NCBI GenBank assembly: GCA_963781585.1 | Contig: CAWAGQ010000004.1 | Location: 896,001 to 960,000, forward strand | DNA length: 64,000 nucleotides | Direction: 5' to 3' | DNA from: an uncultured Gemmatimonadaceae bacterium | GTDB lineage: Bacteria > Gemmatimonadota > Gemmatimonadetes > Gemmatimonadales > Gemmatimonadaceae | In this document: one piece after another, positions 10,018-20,069 of the stretch | Layout: each line of letters begins with the position of its first letter | How positions within the stretch are numbered: the stretch's first letter is position 1 | Notes under the pieces: model-generated | The model's input: only the letters and a program-made list of their open reading frames with translations | Database searches by the model: none | What the model was told of the DNA's origin: nothing | Program-made: the position numbers and the translations under genes

Positions 10018-10519
10018 CTTCCAGCGCTCCAGGGAAGTCTTGGAAGTCCTCACCGCCCCCGCCCCCGCCCTCACGGCTCGGAGCCGCGGTCGTGGAACGT
10101 GCGCGCTCCGTCGCGCCGCGCGCGCGTTGCCCGCCCCCCTCGGACCCATCCCCATCAGCCAGCGCCCCGCCGCTGCGCGACGAGAGCATGATCATCTCAC
10201 GGACGTTGATCTCGGTGCTGTATCGGGTCTGCCCGTCCCGATCCTGCCACTGCCGGTACTCGACGCGGCCTTCGACATACAGCCGATCGCCCTTCTTGAC
10301 ATAGCGCTCGACCACGTCCGCCAGCCCGGAACCCTTGATGTTCCAGAGCACACACCGGTGCCACTCGGTCTTTTCCTGGCGATCACCATTCGCGCCGTTC
10401 CAGGTGCGCGAGGTGGCGAGACTCAATTGCGCCACTCGACCGCCGTTTGACGTCGAGCGGATCTCGGGATCGTTCCCCACGTTCCCGATCAACATGACTT
10501 TGTTCAGGCTGCGGCTCAC
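9992..10519 (-). CDS. ssb: Single-stranded DNA-binding protein
   Basis: LNKVMLIGNVGNDPE, EKTEWHR, acidic DDDLPF tail; AGGAGG SD upstream. Confidence 0.98.
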   Translation of the reverse strand: MSRSLNKVMLIGNVGNDPEIRSTSNGGRVAQLSLATSRTWNGANGDRQEKTEWHRCVLWNIKGSGLADVVERYVKKGDRLYVEGRVEYRQWQDRDGQTRYSTEINVREMIMLSSRSGGALADGDGSEGGGQRARGATERARSTTAAPSREGGGGGGEDFQDFPGALEDEDDDLPF

Positions 10520-10658
10520 ATGTCCTCCTGGCGAGTGAAGTCTAACGGCTCGCCCATGAGAGTATCCAGATGCCGGCGCCGCGGCGCAAACGCGGCATTG
10601 CTGAGATAATCATTCGATTGCAAGCGAACGAGAGTATATGACCTCGTGGGCCACCCGC

Positions 10659-11207
10659 CTATCTCTTCAGGCTCACCGGGCCGGCGGCAGGAGCGCCGAG
10701 CTCGAGCCGCAACACCAGTGCGTCCTCGATTGGATGCGAATAGTAGCGCCGGCGACGACCGATCGCGTGGAATTCCAGCGACCCGTACAGGCCCTGGGCC
10801 GCCAGATTCGATTCGCGCACCTCCAGGAACATCGCAATCGCCGAACGGGCGCGGGCCCGCTCCACGACGTCGCGCAGCAGTAGCCGCCCGACACCGCGAC
10901 GGCGCATCCCGCGGCTCACCGCGAGATTCGCCAGCTCACTCTGCTCGGCAACCATGTAGAGCACCGTGTATCCGACGACCCGCCCCGCTCCCCCTCCCCC
11001 TCCCCCGCTCACGTCCACGCCCCCATCATCGCCCTCGCACGCAACCGAGAATTCCACCTCCGCCGAAAGCAGCAAATTGGCGAACGATGCGCGGCTCCAG
11101 GGCAGCGAGAACGACTCCCGCTCGATTGCCGCGACCGCATCGAGATCCTTCGGCTGGGCCCGCCGAATCGCGATCGCCGGCGCTCCGGTCGATGCATCGG
11201 CCTTCAC
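10659..11207 (-). CDS. rimI: Ribosomal protein S18 alanine N-acetyltransferase
   Basis: IERESFSLPWS, LANLAV...RRRGVG, FLEVRESN, RRRYY..PIEDAL; GTG start overlaps the tsaB stop. Confidence 0.9.
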   Translation of the reverse strand: MKADASTGAPAIAIRRAQPKDLDAVAAIERESFSLPWSRASFANLLLSAEVEFSVACEGDDGGVDVSGGGGGGAGRVVGYTVLYMVAEQSELANLAVSRGMRRRGVGRLLLRDVVERARARSAIAMFLEVRESNLAAQGLYGSLEFHAIGRRRRYYSHPIEDALVLRLELGAPAAGPVSLKR

Positions 11208-11863
11208 CGTGCCTCCAACGCGCGCCCGTGCGCGCGCTCCCACCGCACCTGCGCCTCGGCCTTCCGACCGTAGTCGGGCTCCCACGCCGACAGGTCGACC
11301 CGTGCGGCGAGGCCATGCCGCAGCAGGCTCGCGAAACCGCGCGCGTGCGGCGCCATCCCCCGCGCTTCTCGCGGCCCCACCAATTCGGCGCCTGACGACG
11401 CGGCATGGCGTTCAGCGTCGGCGCGCGAGGTCAGCGCCGGGGTGTCCACCGGCCGCGGTACGCCGCCATCGTCAACATCGACCGCGAGCGTGAACAGGTC
11501 GCCTCGCATCGCATCGAGCGCCGCCACGTACCGGCCCGCCGCCAACGGCGGTTCGGCGCCGGCGATGATGAGCAACGGCGACGGAGCGACGAACAGCGGG
11601 AGCGTTCGCGCCACGCAGATGCCCTTCGCAATCGAGGCAGCGATCCGCAGCGATGTGAAACTTCCGGGCCCCGATCCGCACGCTACCGCCTCGAGCTGAT
11701 CGACGGAGATGCCGTGCGCCGTGAGCAGCTCGGCAATCGCCGGCAGCAATCGCTCTTCGCGCTCGCCACGCATCGCCGCCGAGGACGCGCCGACGACCAC
11801 GCCCGGCCGGACCAGCGCCACCGTGCCGAGGTAGGTCGATGCATCGAGCGCGAGCGTCAGCAT
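11204..11863 (-). CDS. tsaB: tRNA t6A biosynthesis protein TsaB
   Basis: LALDAS, GSGPGSFTSLRI, LDAMRG; start re-picked at MLTLALD. Confidence 0.93.
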   Translation of the reverse strand: MLTLALDASTYLGTVALVRPGVVVGASSAAMRGEREERLLPAIAELLTAHGISVDQLEAVACGSGPGSFTSLRIAASIAKGICVARTLPLFVAPSPLLIIAGAEPPLAAGRYVAALDAMRGDLFTLAVDVDDGGVPRPVDTPALTSRADAERHAASSGAELVGPREARGMAPHARGFASLLRHGLAARVDLSAWEPDYGRKAEAQVRWERAHGRALEAR

Positions 11864-11865
11864 CT

Positions 11866-12324
11866 TCAGGGCTCCATCGTCAGGCGCCGCCGCTCCGGCT
11901 CGTCGCTCACGTGCGCCAGCGCGATCGGGACCGCCCCTTCGGGGAGACGCGGACCCGCACGCTCCGGCCACTCGACCAGAATCAGCGCGTTCGCGTTTAC
12001 CACGTCGTCCCATCCGATGTTCGTGAGCTCCGACGCGTCGTCCAGCCGGTAGAGATCCAGGTGATAGACCACGCTGCGCGTGCCGGCGTACTGATGGACG
12101 AGCGCATACGTGGGACTGGTGACATCGCCCTGAACGCCATAGCCGCGACCGATCGCCTGGATCAGCGTGGTCTTGCCGGCGCCGAGGTCGCCGGAAATGG
12201 CGACCACCAGCGGCGGACGCGCCGAGGCACCGAACCGCTCGCCCCAATCAACAAGTTCCTGCCGGGTCAGCGTGAGATCCGACCCACTCCCCTGCGTTGC
12301 TTTGTCAGTCGGAAGCGCGCTCAT
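11866..12324 (-). CDS. tsaE: tRNA t6A biosynthesis ATPase TsaE
   Basis: GDLGAGKTT, VTSPTY, HLDLYRL, VEWPE. Confidence 0.95.
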   Translation of the reverse strand: MSALPTDKATQGSGSDLTLTRQELVDWGERFGASARPPLVVAISGDLGAGKTTLIQAIGRGYGVQGDVTSPTYALVHQYAGTRSVVYHLDLYRLDDASELTNIGWDDVVNANALILVEWPERAGPRLPEGAVPIALAHVSDEPERRRLTMEP

Positions 12325-12388
12325 GCTGCGCACCCCCGGCACGACGGCCGCCGTATCACAGGCGCCGGGCATGTCGCGCGCCCCGGCA

Positions 12389-14446
12389 TCATCGACTCGC
12401 CCGGATCGCGGCGAACGCGTCGCGCGGACGGGAATGCGTCGCATCCCGTTTCGCGCGCAACTCGAAGACCTCGTCGCGCAGGCGCGCCGCGGTCTCGAAA
12501 TCGAGTTCCGCCGCCGCCATGCGCATCTCCTGCTCGAGATCGGTGATCAGCTTGTCCAGATCGGCCGCGTTGTACGACGCTCCCGCCTCGGCCACCCGTC
12601 GGAGCGCCTCGCGTTCTTCCTTCTCGAGTCGCGCGTCGGCGACGCGGGTAATGAAACGCACTTCCTCCACGCTCTTCACCACGCCCCTGGGCGTGATCCC
12701 GTGCGCTGTATTGTACTCCACCTGCATGGCGCGCCGCCGCCCTGTCTCCTCGAGACAGCGCTTCATGGAATCCGTCATCCTGTCGGCGTAGAAGATCGCG
12801 CGCCCGCTCACGTGCCGCGCCGCCCGGCCGACCGTCTGAATGAGCGAGCGGTCGCTGCGCAGGAAGCCCTCCTGGTCCGCATCGAGGATCGCCACCAGCG
12901 ACACTTCCGGCAGGTCCAGGCCCTCCCGCAGCAGGTTGATCCCTACCAGGACATCGAACTCGCCGAGCCGCAGCCCGCGTACGATCTCCATCCGCTCGAT
13001 GGCGTCGATGTCCGAGTGCATGTAGCGCACCCGGACGCCCATCTGCTGCAGGTAGTCGGTGAGATCTTCCGCCATCCGCTTGGTGAGCGTCGTGACCAGC
13101 ACGCGTTCACCCCGCCGCTCGCGGATCCGGATCTCGTTCAGCAGGTCGTCCACCTGCCCGCGCACCGGCCGGATGTCGATCTCCGGATCCACCAGGCCGG
13201 TGGGACGGATGATCTGCTCGACCACCACGCCCAGCGACAGCTCCAGCTCCAGGTCGGCGGGCGTGGCGCTCAACATCATCCCCTGCGGAAGGAGCGAGAG
13301 GAACTCGTCGAACATCAGTGGTCGGTTGTCGAGGGCCGACGGCAACCGGAAGCCGTACTCGACCAGCACCTCCTTCCGCGCGCGGTCGCCGTTGTACATC
13401 CCGCGCACCTGCGGAAGCGTGACGTGCGATTCGTCGACGATGACCAGGAAGTCGTCAGGGAAATAGTCGAGCAGGCACGCCGGCCGCTCGCCCTCGGCGC
13501 GTCCGGAGAGCGGACGCGAGTAGTTCTCGATGCCGGCGCAGGTGCCGATCTCGAGCATCATCTCGATGTCGAAGTTGGTGCGCGACTCCAGTCGCTGCGC
13601 CTCGAGCAGCTTCCCGGCGTTCCGCAACACCATCAGCCGCTCGACCAGTTCGGTCCGGATCACGTCCACCGCGCGCTCGAGCGACGGCCGTGACGTGATG
13701 AAATGCTTGGCCGGGTAGATGCCGGCGCGATCGAGGACCGCGATCGTCTCTCCGGTAAGTGGACTGATCTTGGAGAGCCGTTCGATCTCGTCGCCCCACA
13801 GCTCCACGCGCACGGCCTGTTCTTCGTAGGCCGGGAAGATCTCGACCGTGTCGCCGCGCACGCGAAAGGTGCCGCGATCGAACGCGACGTCGTTGCGCGA
13901 ATACTGGATGTTCACCAGTTGTCGCAGGATCTGGTTGCGCGCGATGTGCTGTCCCTTCTCCAGCATGACCATCTGCGCGCGATACTCGACCGGGTCGCCG
14001 AGTCCGTAGATCGCCGAGACGGTGGCGACGATGACGACGTCGTCGCGCTCCATGAGGCTCGACGTGGCCCGAAGGCGCAGCCGGTCGATGTCGTCGTTGA
14101 TCGACGCGTCCTTCTCGATGTATGTATCGGTCGACGGGACGTAGGCCTCGGGCTGGTAGTAGTCGTAGTACGAGATGAAGTACTCGACGGCGTTGGTCGG
14201 GAAGAAACTCTTCAGCTCTCCGTAGAGCTGCGCGGCCAGGGTCTTGTTGTGGGAGAGCACGAGCGTGGGTCGCCCGTGGTTGGCGATGACGTGCGCCATG
14301 GTCATCGTCTTTCCCGATCCGGTGACGCCGAGGAGTGTCTGGAACCGGTCGCCGCGCGCGAGGCCCGTCGTCAACTCGGCGATCGCCTTGGGCTGATCGC
14401 CTGAAGGTTCGAAGGGGGATTGGAGGGCGAACGCGGCGCGCGGCAT
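12389..14446 (-). CDS. uvrB: Excinuclease ABC subunit B
   Basis: [30 protein letters not shown]-terminal UVR domain. Confidence 0.99.
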   Translation of the reverse strand: MPRAAFALQSPFEPSGDQPKAIAELTTGLARGDRFQTLLGVTGSGKTMTMAHVIANHGRPTLVLSHNKTLAAQLYGELKSFFPTNAVEYFISYYDYYQPEAYVPSTDTYIEKDASINDDIDRLRLRATSSLMERDDVVIVATVSAIYGLGDPVEYRAQMVMLEKGQHIARNQILRQLVNIQYSRNDVAFDRGTFRVRGDTVEIFPAYEEQAVRVELWGDEIERLSKISPLTGETIAVLDRAGIYPAKHFITSRPSLERAVDVIRTELVERLMVLRNAGKLLEAQRLESRTNFDIEMMLEIGTCAGIENYSRPLSGRAEGERPACLLDYFPDDFLVIVDESHVTLPQVRGMYNGDRARKEVLVEYGFRLPSALDNRPLMFDEFLSLLPQGMMLSATPADLELELSLGVVVEQIIRPTGLVDPEIDIRPVRGQVDDLLNEIRIRERRGERVLVTTLTKRMAEDLTDYLQQMGVRVRYMHSDIDAIERMEIVRGLRLGEFDVLVGINLLREGLDLPEVSLVAILDADQEGFLRSDRSLIQTVGRAARHVSGRAIFYADRMTDSMKRCLEETGRRRAMQVEYNTAHGITPRGVVKSVEEVRFITRVADARLEKEEREALRRVAEAGASYNAADLDKLITDLEQEMRMAAAELDFETAARLRDEVFELRAKRDATHSRPRDAFAAIRASR

Positions 14447-14454
14447 GAACTCTC

Positions 14455-14460
14455 AATATA
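14455..14460 (-). promoter_or_regulatory. Putative -10 box (TATATT) 8 nt upstream of the uvrB ATG
   Basis: Minus strand reads TATATT-gagagttc-ATG; same spacing as at Rrf2. Confidence 0.45.
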
Positions 14461-14516
14461 GTGTGCGTGCCGGTTTTTGTTCGGTATCACGCGACCTGCG
14501 TGGAGCCCGGCGGGGC

Positions 14517-15242
14517 TCAGCGCGACGGGGCTCGTCGCGCGCGAACGGGTCCGGGCCGATTCCCGGGGAACGGGCGCTCGAAGGCGCCGCCGAACAGCAG
14601 AAAGGTCCGCTGAGAGGGAGCGTAGCCGTGACACACTTCGGCCCAGCAGTCAGGATCCCGTCTTCCGACGATCCCCGTCGCGAACAGATGGGACCTGTTT
14701 CCGCGGTCGGTCCAGCCGTACGCTGCCGTTGGTGCCCAGATGGCGTGCCGCGCGCTGCGCCCTTCGCTGTTCACGAAGCCGACCGCGTTGGTGATAAACC
14801 AGGACTTGCCATTCGGCAGTCGGCGTCCGAACTGGACGTACGGGAGCACGACTGGCATCAGAAGGCGCTGGCCGCCGATGCCGATGCCGGCGTCGTAGTC
14901 ACCCAGGAAGGCAGCCGGTGCTTCAACATACACATCGATCGTGGGCGCGAACGCCAGGAGGGTTATCCCCGTGGCGAGACGTACCGCGGCCGTGGAATCG
15001 CTCTCGCCGCGGATTCCTGCCGCGATCTGGCCCGTGAGGGCGAAAGGGACGAACACCGGATGGCGCGTCGAGTCCCGCCGCGGGCCCTGCTGGCCGATCT
15101 CGAATCCGGCGTTCATGGTGAAGACGACGCCATGTTCCACGTGCGTGTCATGGGAAAGCATCGGGTAGCAGCCGACACCGGCGACCAGTGGGAGGGAGCA
15201 TATGCAGCGCCGGAGAGCCGCCGCAGTCGCGCGGCGTGTCAC
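14517..15242 (-). CDS. Hypothetical lipoprotein, possibly beta-strand rich
   Basis: Open frame; a GTG start gives MTRRATAAALRRCICSLPLVAGVGC (lipobox-like); no family recognised. Confidence 0.5.
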   Translation of the reverse strand: MTRRATAAALRRCICSLPLVAGVGCYPMLSHDTHVEHGVVFTMNAGFEIGQQGPRRDSTRHPVFVPFALTGQIAAGIRGESDSTAAVRLATGITLLAFAPTIDVYVEAPAAFLGDYDAGIGIGGQRLLMPVVLPYVQFGRRLPNGKSWFITNAVGFVNSEGRSARHAIWAPTAAYGWTDRGNRSHLFATGIVGRRDPDCWAEVCHGYAPSQRTFLLFGGAFERPFPGNRPGPVRARRAPSR

Positions 15243-15541
15243 ACGGGCCCTTGCGCGCCCGAAGAGCTGGTGCCGGATTCGGCGCGCTGACGGCGCAACT
15301 GAATGGTCATTCGTCCCCCGATGTCCGACGTCCGGCGGGTTACCACGCGCCAAGATGAAGACACGCGAGGATCAGTCGACCCGCACACCGTAGAGGCCGT
15401 GGCTGCGGCCAACGTACAGCCGTGAAGGCAACGACGCAGGCGCACCGGACACCGTTGAACGCGATGATCCAGTCCGGCGGATTGATGGCATATCTGGTTC
15501 AGCAACACCGTCCACACAGCTTCGGCATCAGCACCCGGCAG

Positions 15542-16711
15542 TCAGCGCGCATCACCCAGGCCGATCGCCAGTCCGATCGTCAGCACGCAGAGGACCGCGC
15601 CAAGCAGAAATGGCGACGCCATCCCGGCGTGATCGAACAGCACTCCGTCCCACCACGGGAACACTGCCCGCGCCACACCGCCAAACGTCTGCTGCACCCC
15701 CATGTAGAGGCCACGGCTCTCCTTCGGCACCACCCGCGACAGCAACGCCGTCACCCCGGGAAAGGTGAACGCCGTGCCTAACGGCATCAGGGTACATGCG
15801 ATCGCCAGCATCCCGTAACTCGCGGACACGGCGAACAGCGCCATGCCCCCAGCCAGCAGCGCCAGCCCGAGCCGAGACAGCCGCACCTCGCCCAGCCGTT
15901 TCACCGCCGGTCCGAGCAGCAGGAGCCGCGTGACCACCCCCATCGCGCCGAACCACATGAAGAAGTAGCCGATCGTCCGCTCGGTCACCGCGAACCGCCG
16001 TTCGAGGAACTGCGCAAATACCGCCGGCAGCCCGTAGAAAGCGCCGATCGCGATCGTGTAGGTCCAGATGAGGCGGGACGGAACCGACCACGGCCGGCCC
16101 ACGATCCGCCAGATCGCCTGACGAGGCGGCGGTCCCCGCATCTCCCCCGTGAGGGCCGTGCGGGAATCGTGCGATTCGCGCAGGTACCGCCACGCGAACC
16201 CCATGTTCACCGCGGCCACCGTCGCCGCTCCCAGCCCCGGCGCCGCCGGTCCCCACGCCGCGATCAGCAGCGACCCCAGCCCGGGGCCGAGGACGACTCC
16301 GAGACTCGTCGCCGCCGACAGCCAGCCGAGCGCCTTGGCGCGCTCGTCAGGCGGCGTGATGTCCGTGACATACGCCTGCACCACGCCCACCGTGCCGCCG
16401 CCCAGTCCCTGCACAACCCGCGACACGAGCAGCAGCCAGAAGCTCGTCGCGAACCCGAACACCACGTAGGCGATCGCCGATGCGCCGAGTCCGACCAGCA
16501 ACGTCGGTCGCCGGCCGCGGTGGTCCGAGAGCCGTCCCCACCAGGGCGCGCTCACCAGCTGGGCCACCGAGAAGATCCCGATCAGAATCCCGATCTGCGC
16601 GCTGCTCGCGCCCATCCGCTCGGCGTAGAACGGGAGCAGCGGAATGACCAGCACGAACCCGATCATGTCGACCAGGGCCGTCACCAGCAGGACGCCGAAG
16701 CGGGCGTCCAC
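15542..16711 (-). CDS. MFS transporter (TetA/DHA1-like)
   Basis: Motif A GRLSDHRGRR; about 12 TM segments; GTG overlaps the rel stop (TAGTG). Confidence 0.9.
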   Translation of the reverse strand: MDARFGVLLVTALVDMIGFVLVIPLLPFYAERMGASSAQIGILIGIFSVAQLVSAPWWGRLSDHRGRRPTLLVGLGASAIAYVVFGFATSFWLLLVSRVVQGLGGGTVGVVQAYVTDITPPDERAKALGWLSAATSLGVVLGPGLGSLLIAAWGPAAPGLGAATVAAVNMGFAWRYLRESHDSRTALTGEMRGPPPRQAIWRIVGRPWSVPSRLIWTYTIAIGAFYGLPAVFAQFLERRFAVTERTIGYFFMWFGAMGVVTRLLLLGPAVKRLGEVRLSRLGLALLAGGMALFAVSASYGMLAIACTLMPLGTAFTFPGVTALLSRVVPKESRGLYMGVQQTFGGVARAVFPWWDGVLFDHAGMASPFLLGAVLCVLTIGLAIGLGDAR

Positions 16712-18900
16712 TACTCGTCGGACGTGATGTGCTCGCGGCGCGCGACTTCCTTGATGCCCTTCACCCGCCGCGCGGCCTTCATGATCTTCTGCAGGTGAGC
16801 GAGGTTTTCGACCTCGACCATCGCCGCGCCCGTCACGCGGCCATCTACCGAGCGGAGTTCCAGCGTCCGGATGTCGGTTCCGGTCGCGCTCACCGCCGCC
16901 GCCACGTCGGCGTACAACCCGCGTCGGTCGATCCCTTCGAGCACCAACCGGACGAGAAATCGCTCGCCGGCCTGCTCCACCCAGTCGATTTCGAGGCGGC
17001 GCTCGGGCTCGTGGGCGAGGAGGAGGAGGTTGGGGCAGTCGGCGCGGTGGATGCTCACCCCGCGTCCGCGGGTGACGTATCCCACCACCGCGTCGCCCGG
17101 CACGGGCTGACAGCACTGGGCATAGCGCACCATCAGGCCGTCGGCCCCCTGGATGCGCACGCCGCGCGAGGTCCCGCGCATGCGGTCCATGAGCCGCACC
17201 CGGTCCATCAGCCGCTCGAGCGGTGTGGCCCTGGGCTGGTGGTCGGGCGACCCCTCCTGCTCTGGATAGAGGAGCTTGAGCACCTGCCCGACGCTCAGGT
17301 CTCCCTGGCCGATCGACGCGATCAGGTGCTGGCCGTCGGTGAGCTTCAAGGTGGCGGCCGCGGCCTCGAGGGCGTCGTCCTTGAGCTTCGGAAGGCGCCG
17401 CTTGCGCACCTCACGCTCGAGGATCTCGCGCCCGACCCGTTCCGATGACTGGTGCTCCTCCTGCCGCAGCCACTGCCGGATCTTGTGGCGCGCGCGTCCG
17501 GTGTGGACATGCGCCAGCCAGTCACGGCTCGGCTTCGCGTTAGGCGAAGTGATGATCTCGACCGTCTCCGAGTTCCTGAGCTGCCTGGCGAGCGGCGCGA
17601 TCCTGGCGTTCACCTTGGCCCCGGCGCAGTGGAGCCCCACTTCGGTATGGACCGCGAACGCGAAGTCGATCGGCGTCGCCCCCCGGGGCAGCTGGATCAC
17701 GTCCCCGGTCGGCGTGAAGACGAAGATTTCGTCCTGGTACAGGTCGAGCTTGAGGAATTCCAGGAACTCCGCGGGATCCTTGGCGTCGAGCTGCAGCTTC
17801 AGCACCTCCCGGAACCACTGGAGATGGCGGTCCAACTCGTCGGCCGACTTGGCGTCGGTCTTGTAGCGCCAGTGCGCCGCGATCCCGAACTCCGCCGTCC
17901 GGTGCTGGTCGCGGGTGCGGATCTGGATCTCGTACAGCTGCTTGCCGGGTCCGAAGATCGTGGTGTGGAGCGACTGGTAACCGTTCGACTTCGGCTGCCC
18001 GATGTAGTCCTTGATCCGCTCCTGAAGCGGGGTCCAGCCGTCGTGGATGACGCCTAACGCATGGTAGCAGTCGGGGACCGTATTCACCAGCACCCGGATC
18101 GCCAGCAGGTCGTAGATCTCCTCGTATGGCCGCTCGCGCTTCTGCATCTTCCTGTAGATCGACCACAGATGCTTGGCCCGGCCCGTCACCTCCACGTCGG
18201 GGATGCCGGCCTCCTTCAGCACGCGCTCGAGGGGAGCCTGCAGTTGCGCGATCAGCGCCTCCCGCTCGGCGCGCTTGGCGGCCACCAGCTTCGCCAGCTT
18301 CCGGTACTCGTCGGACTCGAGGAACTTGAACGACAGATCCTCCAGCTCCCAGCGCATCTTCGCCATACCGAAGCGGTGCGCAAGCGGGGCGTACAGGTCC
18401 ATCGTCTCCAGGGCGATGCGGTGCTGCTTGTCCTCAGGCAGCGAGTCCAGCGTCCGCATGTTGTGGAGCCGGTCGGCCAGCTTGATGATGATGACCCGCG
18501 CGTCCCTGGCGATCGACACGAGAAGCTTGCGGTAGTTCTCGACCTGGCGCTCCTCGGTCGAGTGCATCGGCAGGTGTCCGATCTTGGTCAGCCCGTCGAC
18601 GATCTGGGCCATCTCCGGACCAAACTCCCGCTCCACGTCTTCGATCCGGACCGGGGTGTCCTCCACCACGTCGTGGATGAGCCCCGTGGCGACCGTGGCT
18701 GAATCCAGCTGCAGCTCCGCCAGGATCTTGGCGACCTCTACGCAGTGCGTGACGAACGGATCGCCGTTCCGCCGGAACTGCCCCTCGTGCGCCCGCGCAC
18801 TGAACCGATACGCACGCGCGAGCAGGTCCAGGTCGAGGCGCTCCGAAAGCGCCTCTCCCACGGTCCAGCCGGGGATGAGTTCGGTCAGCGTTGTTGCCAT
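16711..18900 (-). CDS. rel: Bifunctional (p)ppGpp synthetase/hydrolase (long RSH)
   Basis: HD domain HDVVED, KLADRLHNMRT, YQSLHT, EIQIRT, TGS, CC and ACT regions. Confidence 0.97.
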   Translation of the reverse strand: MATTLTELIPGWTVGEALSERLDLDLLARAYRFSARAHEGQFRRNGDPFVTHCVEVAKILAELQLDSATVATGLIHDVVEDTPVRIEDVEREFGPEMAQIVDGLTKIGHLPMHSTEERQVENYRKLLVSIARDARVIIIKLADRLHNMRTLDSLPEDKQHRIALETMDLYAPLAHRFGMAKMRWELEDLSFKFLESDEYRKLAKLVAAKRAEREALIAQLQAPLERVLKEAGIPDVEVTGRAKHLWSIYRKMQKRERPYEEIYDLLAIRVLVNTVPDCYHALGVIHDGWTPLQERIKDYIGQPKSNGYQSLHTTIFGPGKQLYEIQIRTRDQHRTAEFGIAAHWRYKTDAKSADELDRHLQWFREVLKLQLDAKDPAEFLEFLKLDLYQDEIFVFTPTGDVIQLPRGATPIDFAFAVHTEVGLHCAGAKVNARIAPLARQLRNSETVEIITSPNAKPSRDWLAHVHTGRARHKIRQWLRQEEHQSSERVGREILEREVRKRRLPKLKDDALEAAAATLKLTDGQHLIASIGQGDLSVGQVLKLLYPEQEGSPDHQPRATPLERLMDRVRLMDRMRGTSRGVRIQGADGLMVRYAQCCQPVPGDAVVGYVTRGRGVSIHRADCPNLLLLAHEPERRLEIDWVEQAGERFLVRLVLEGIDRRGLYADVAAAVSATGTDIRTLELRSVDGRVTGAAMVEVENLAHLQKIMKAARRVKGIKEVARREHITSDE

Positions 18901-18950
18901 CGGCCTTCGCGGAGATGAGTCGAGTCGGGGGAGACGCCCTTGGCCTCCGT

Positions 18951-19685
18951 CTAGAGCATCCCGCCCTCCGCAAATGAAGTGTAGCGTCCTCTCCCAATGA
19001 TTACATGGTCATGAACCGGAATGTCGAGCAGCCGGCCGGCGGATACCATCTGCTCGGTCACCAACCGGTCGTCGGGAGACGGGGTCGGGTCCCCGCTGGG
19101 GTGGTTGTGCACCAGGATGATCGCCGCCGCCCGCTCCGCGATCGCCTCCCGGAAGACCTCCCGCGGGTGTACGAGCGACGAGTTGAGAATCCCTCGCGTA
19201 ATGGTGACGTCCCGCTCGAGCCGATACTGGGCATCCAGCACCGCCACGTGAAATTCCTCGACCGGAAGGTCCTCCAGCCGAGGGGCAAAGGCGAGAAATA
19301 CGTCGCGCGGAGACCGCACCGGGGCGCCCTCGTCACGCACTTCCGCGCCCAGCCTCCTTCCCAGTTCCAGCGCCGCATGCAGAACCGCAGCCCGGGCGGC
19401 GCCAACGCCGCGTACGGTCGTGAGAGTCGCCATCGGCCGCGATGCGATCCGGCGCAGCGAGCCCCCTGAACCCGCGAGGATCTCCTGGGCGAGCAGCAGC
19501 GCCGGGCGATCTCTGGAACCCGCACCCAGCACGATGGCAAGCAGCTCGATCGCACTCAACGACGATGCACCCAGGCGCACGAGTCGCTCGCGTGGCCGCT
19601 CGTCCGCGGGGAGCTCGCGAATACTGAGAGTGCGCGCCGGTGGTACCGGCGCATTTCGGGAAGGGGCCGGCGGAGTCTCACGCAT
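18951..19685 (-). CDS. radC: RadC/JAB-domain protein (UPF0758)
   Basis: ERPRERL, HhH, VHPREVF, HNHPSGDPTPSPDD, DHVII. Confidence 0.95.
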   Translation of the reverse strand: MRETPPAPSRNAPVPPARTLSIRELPADERPRERLVRLGASSLSAIELLAIVLGAGSRDRPALLLAQEILAGSGGSLRRIASRPMATLTTVRGVGAARAAVLHAALELGRRLGAEVRDEGAPVRSPRDVFLAFAPRLEDLPVEEFHVAVLDAQYRLERDVTITRGILNSSLVHPREVFREAIAERAAAIILVHNHPSGDPTPSPDDRLVTEQMVSAGRLLDIPVHDHVIIGRGRYTSFAEGGML

Positions 19686-20016
19686 GGCTTTGTTCACAGG
19701 TTGGGAACTGCCACAGATACGCTGGCGGCGGCTCAAGGCCGTCATCGAACGACTGCACGACGCATCTGCGCGTCGCGACCGGCATCCCCCGGACCGGCAC
19801 CGTACGGATGCGGGATGGGCGGACTCGGATAGCACCACCGGCTGCCCGGACGGCTGGCAGAGACAAGCCATAACACGTTCACTATCAACGCATTATCGCA
19901 CGTTCGCTGCCGCACGGTACTTCCGTCACCCGACGCGACAAGAGCCTTCACGCTCAGACTTCGGGATCGCACTGTTCGCCAACAGCGGTGAGCTGAAACC
20001 TGCCGCTGGCGGGTGT

Positions 20017-20044
20017 CTGCTGAGAACTGACCGCTGATGACTGA
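20017..20044. repeat. Four tandem degenerate heptamers NNNCTGA
   Basis: ctgctga gaactga ccgctga tgactga, just downstream of secA. Confidence 0.45.
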
Positions 20045-20069
20045 TGCCTGGCTGCGGATTCCTGCCGTC

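Noticed and set aside
18951..19685. radC as a marker of a mobile element or anti-defence module
   Set aside because: Full-length chromosomal type with N-terminal and HhH regions, among housekeeping genes.
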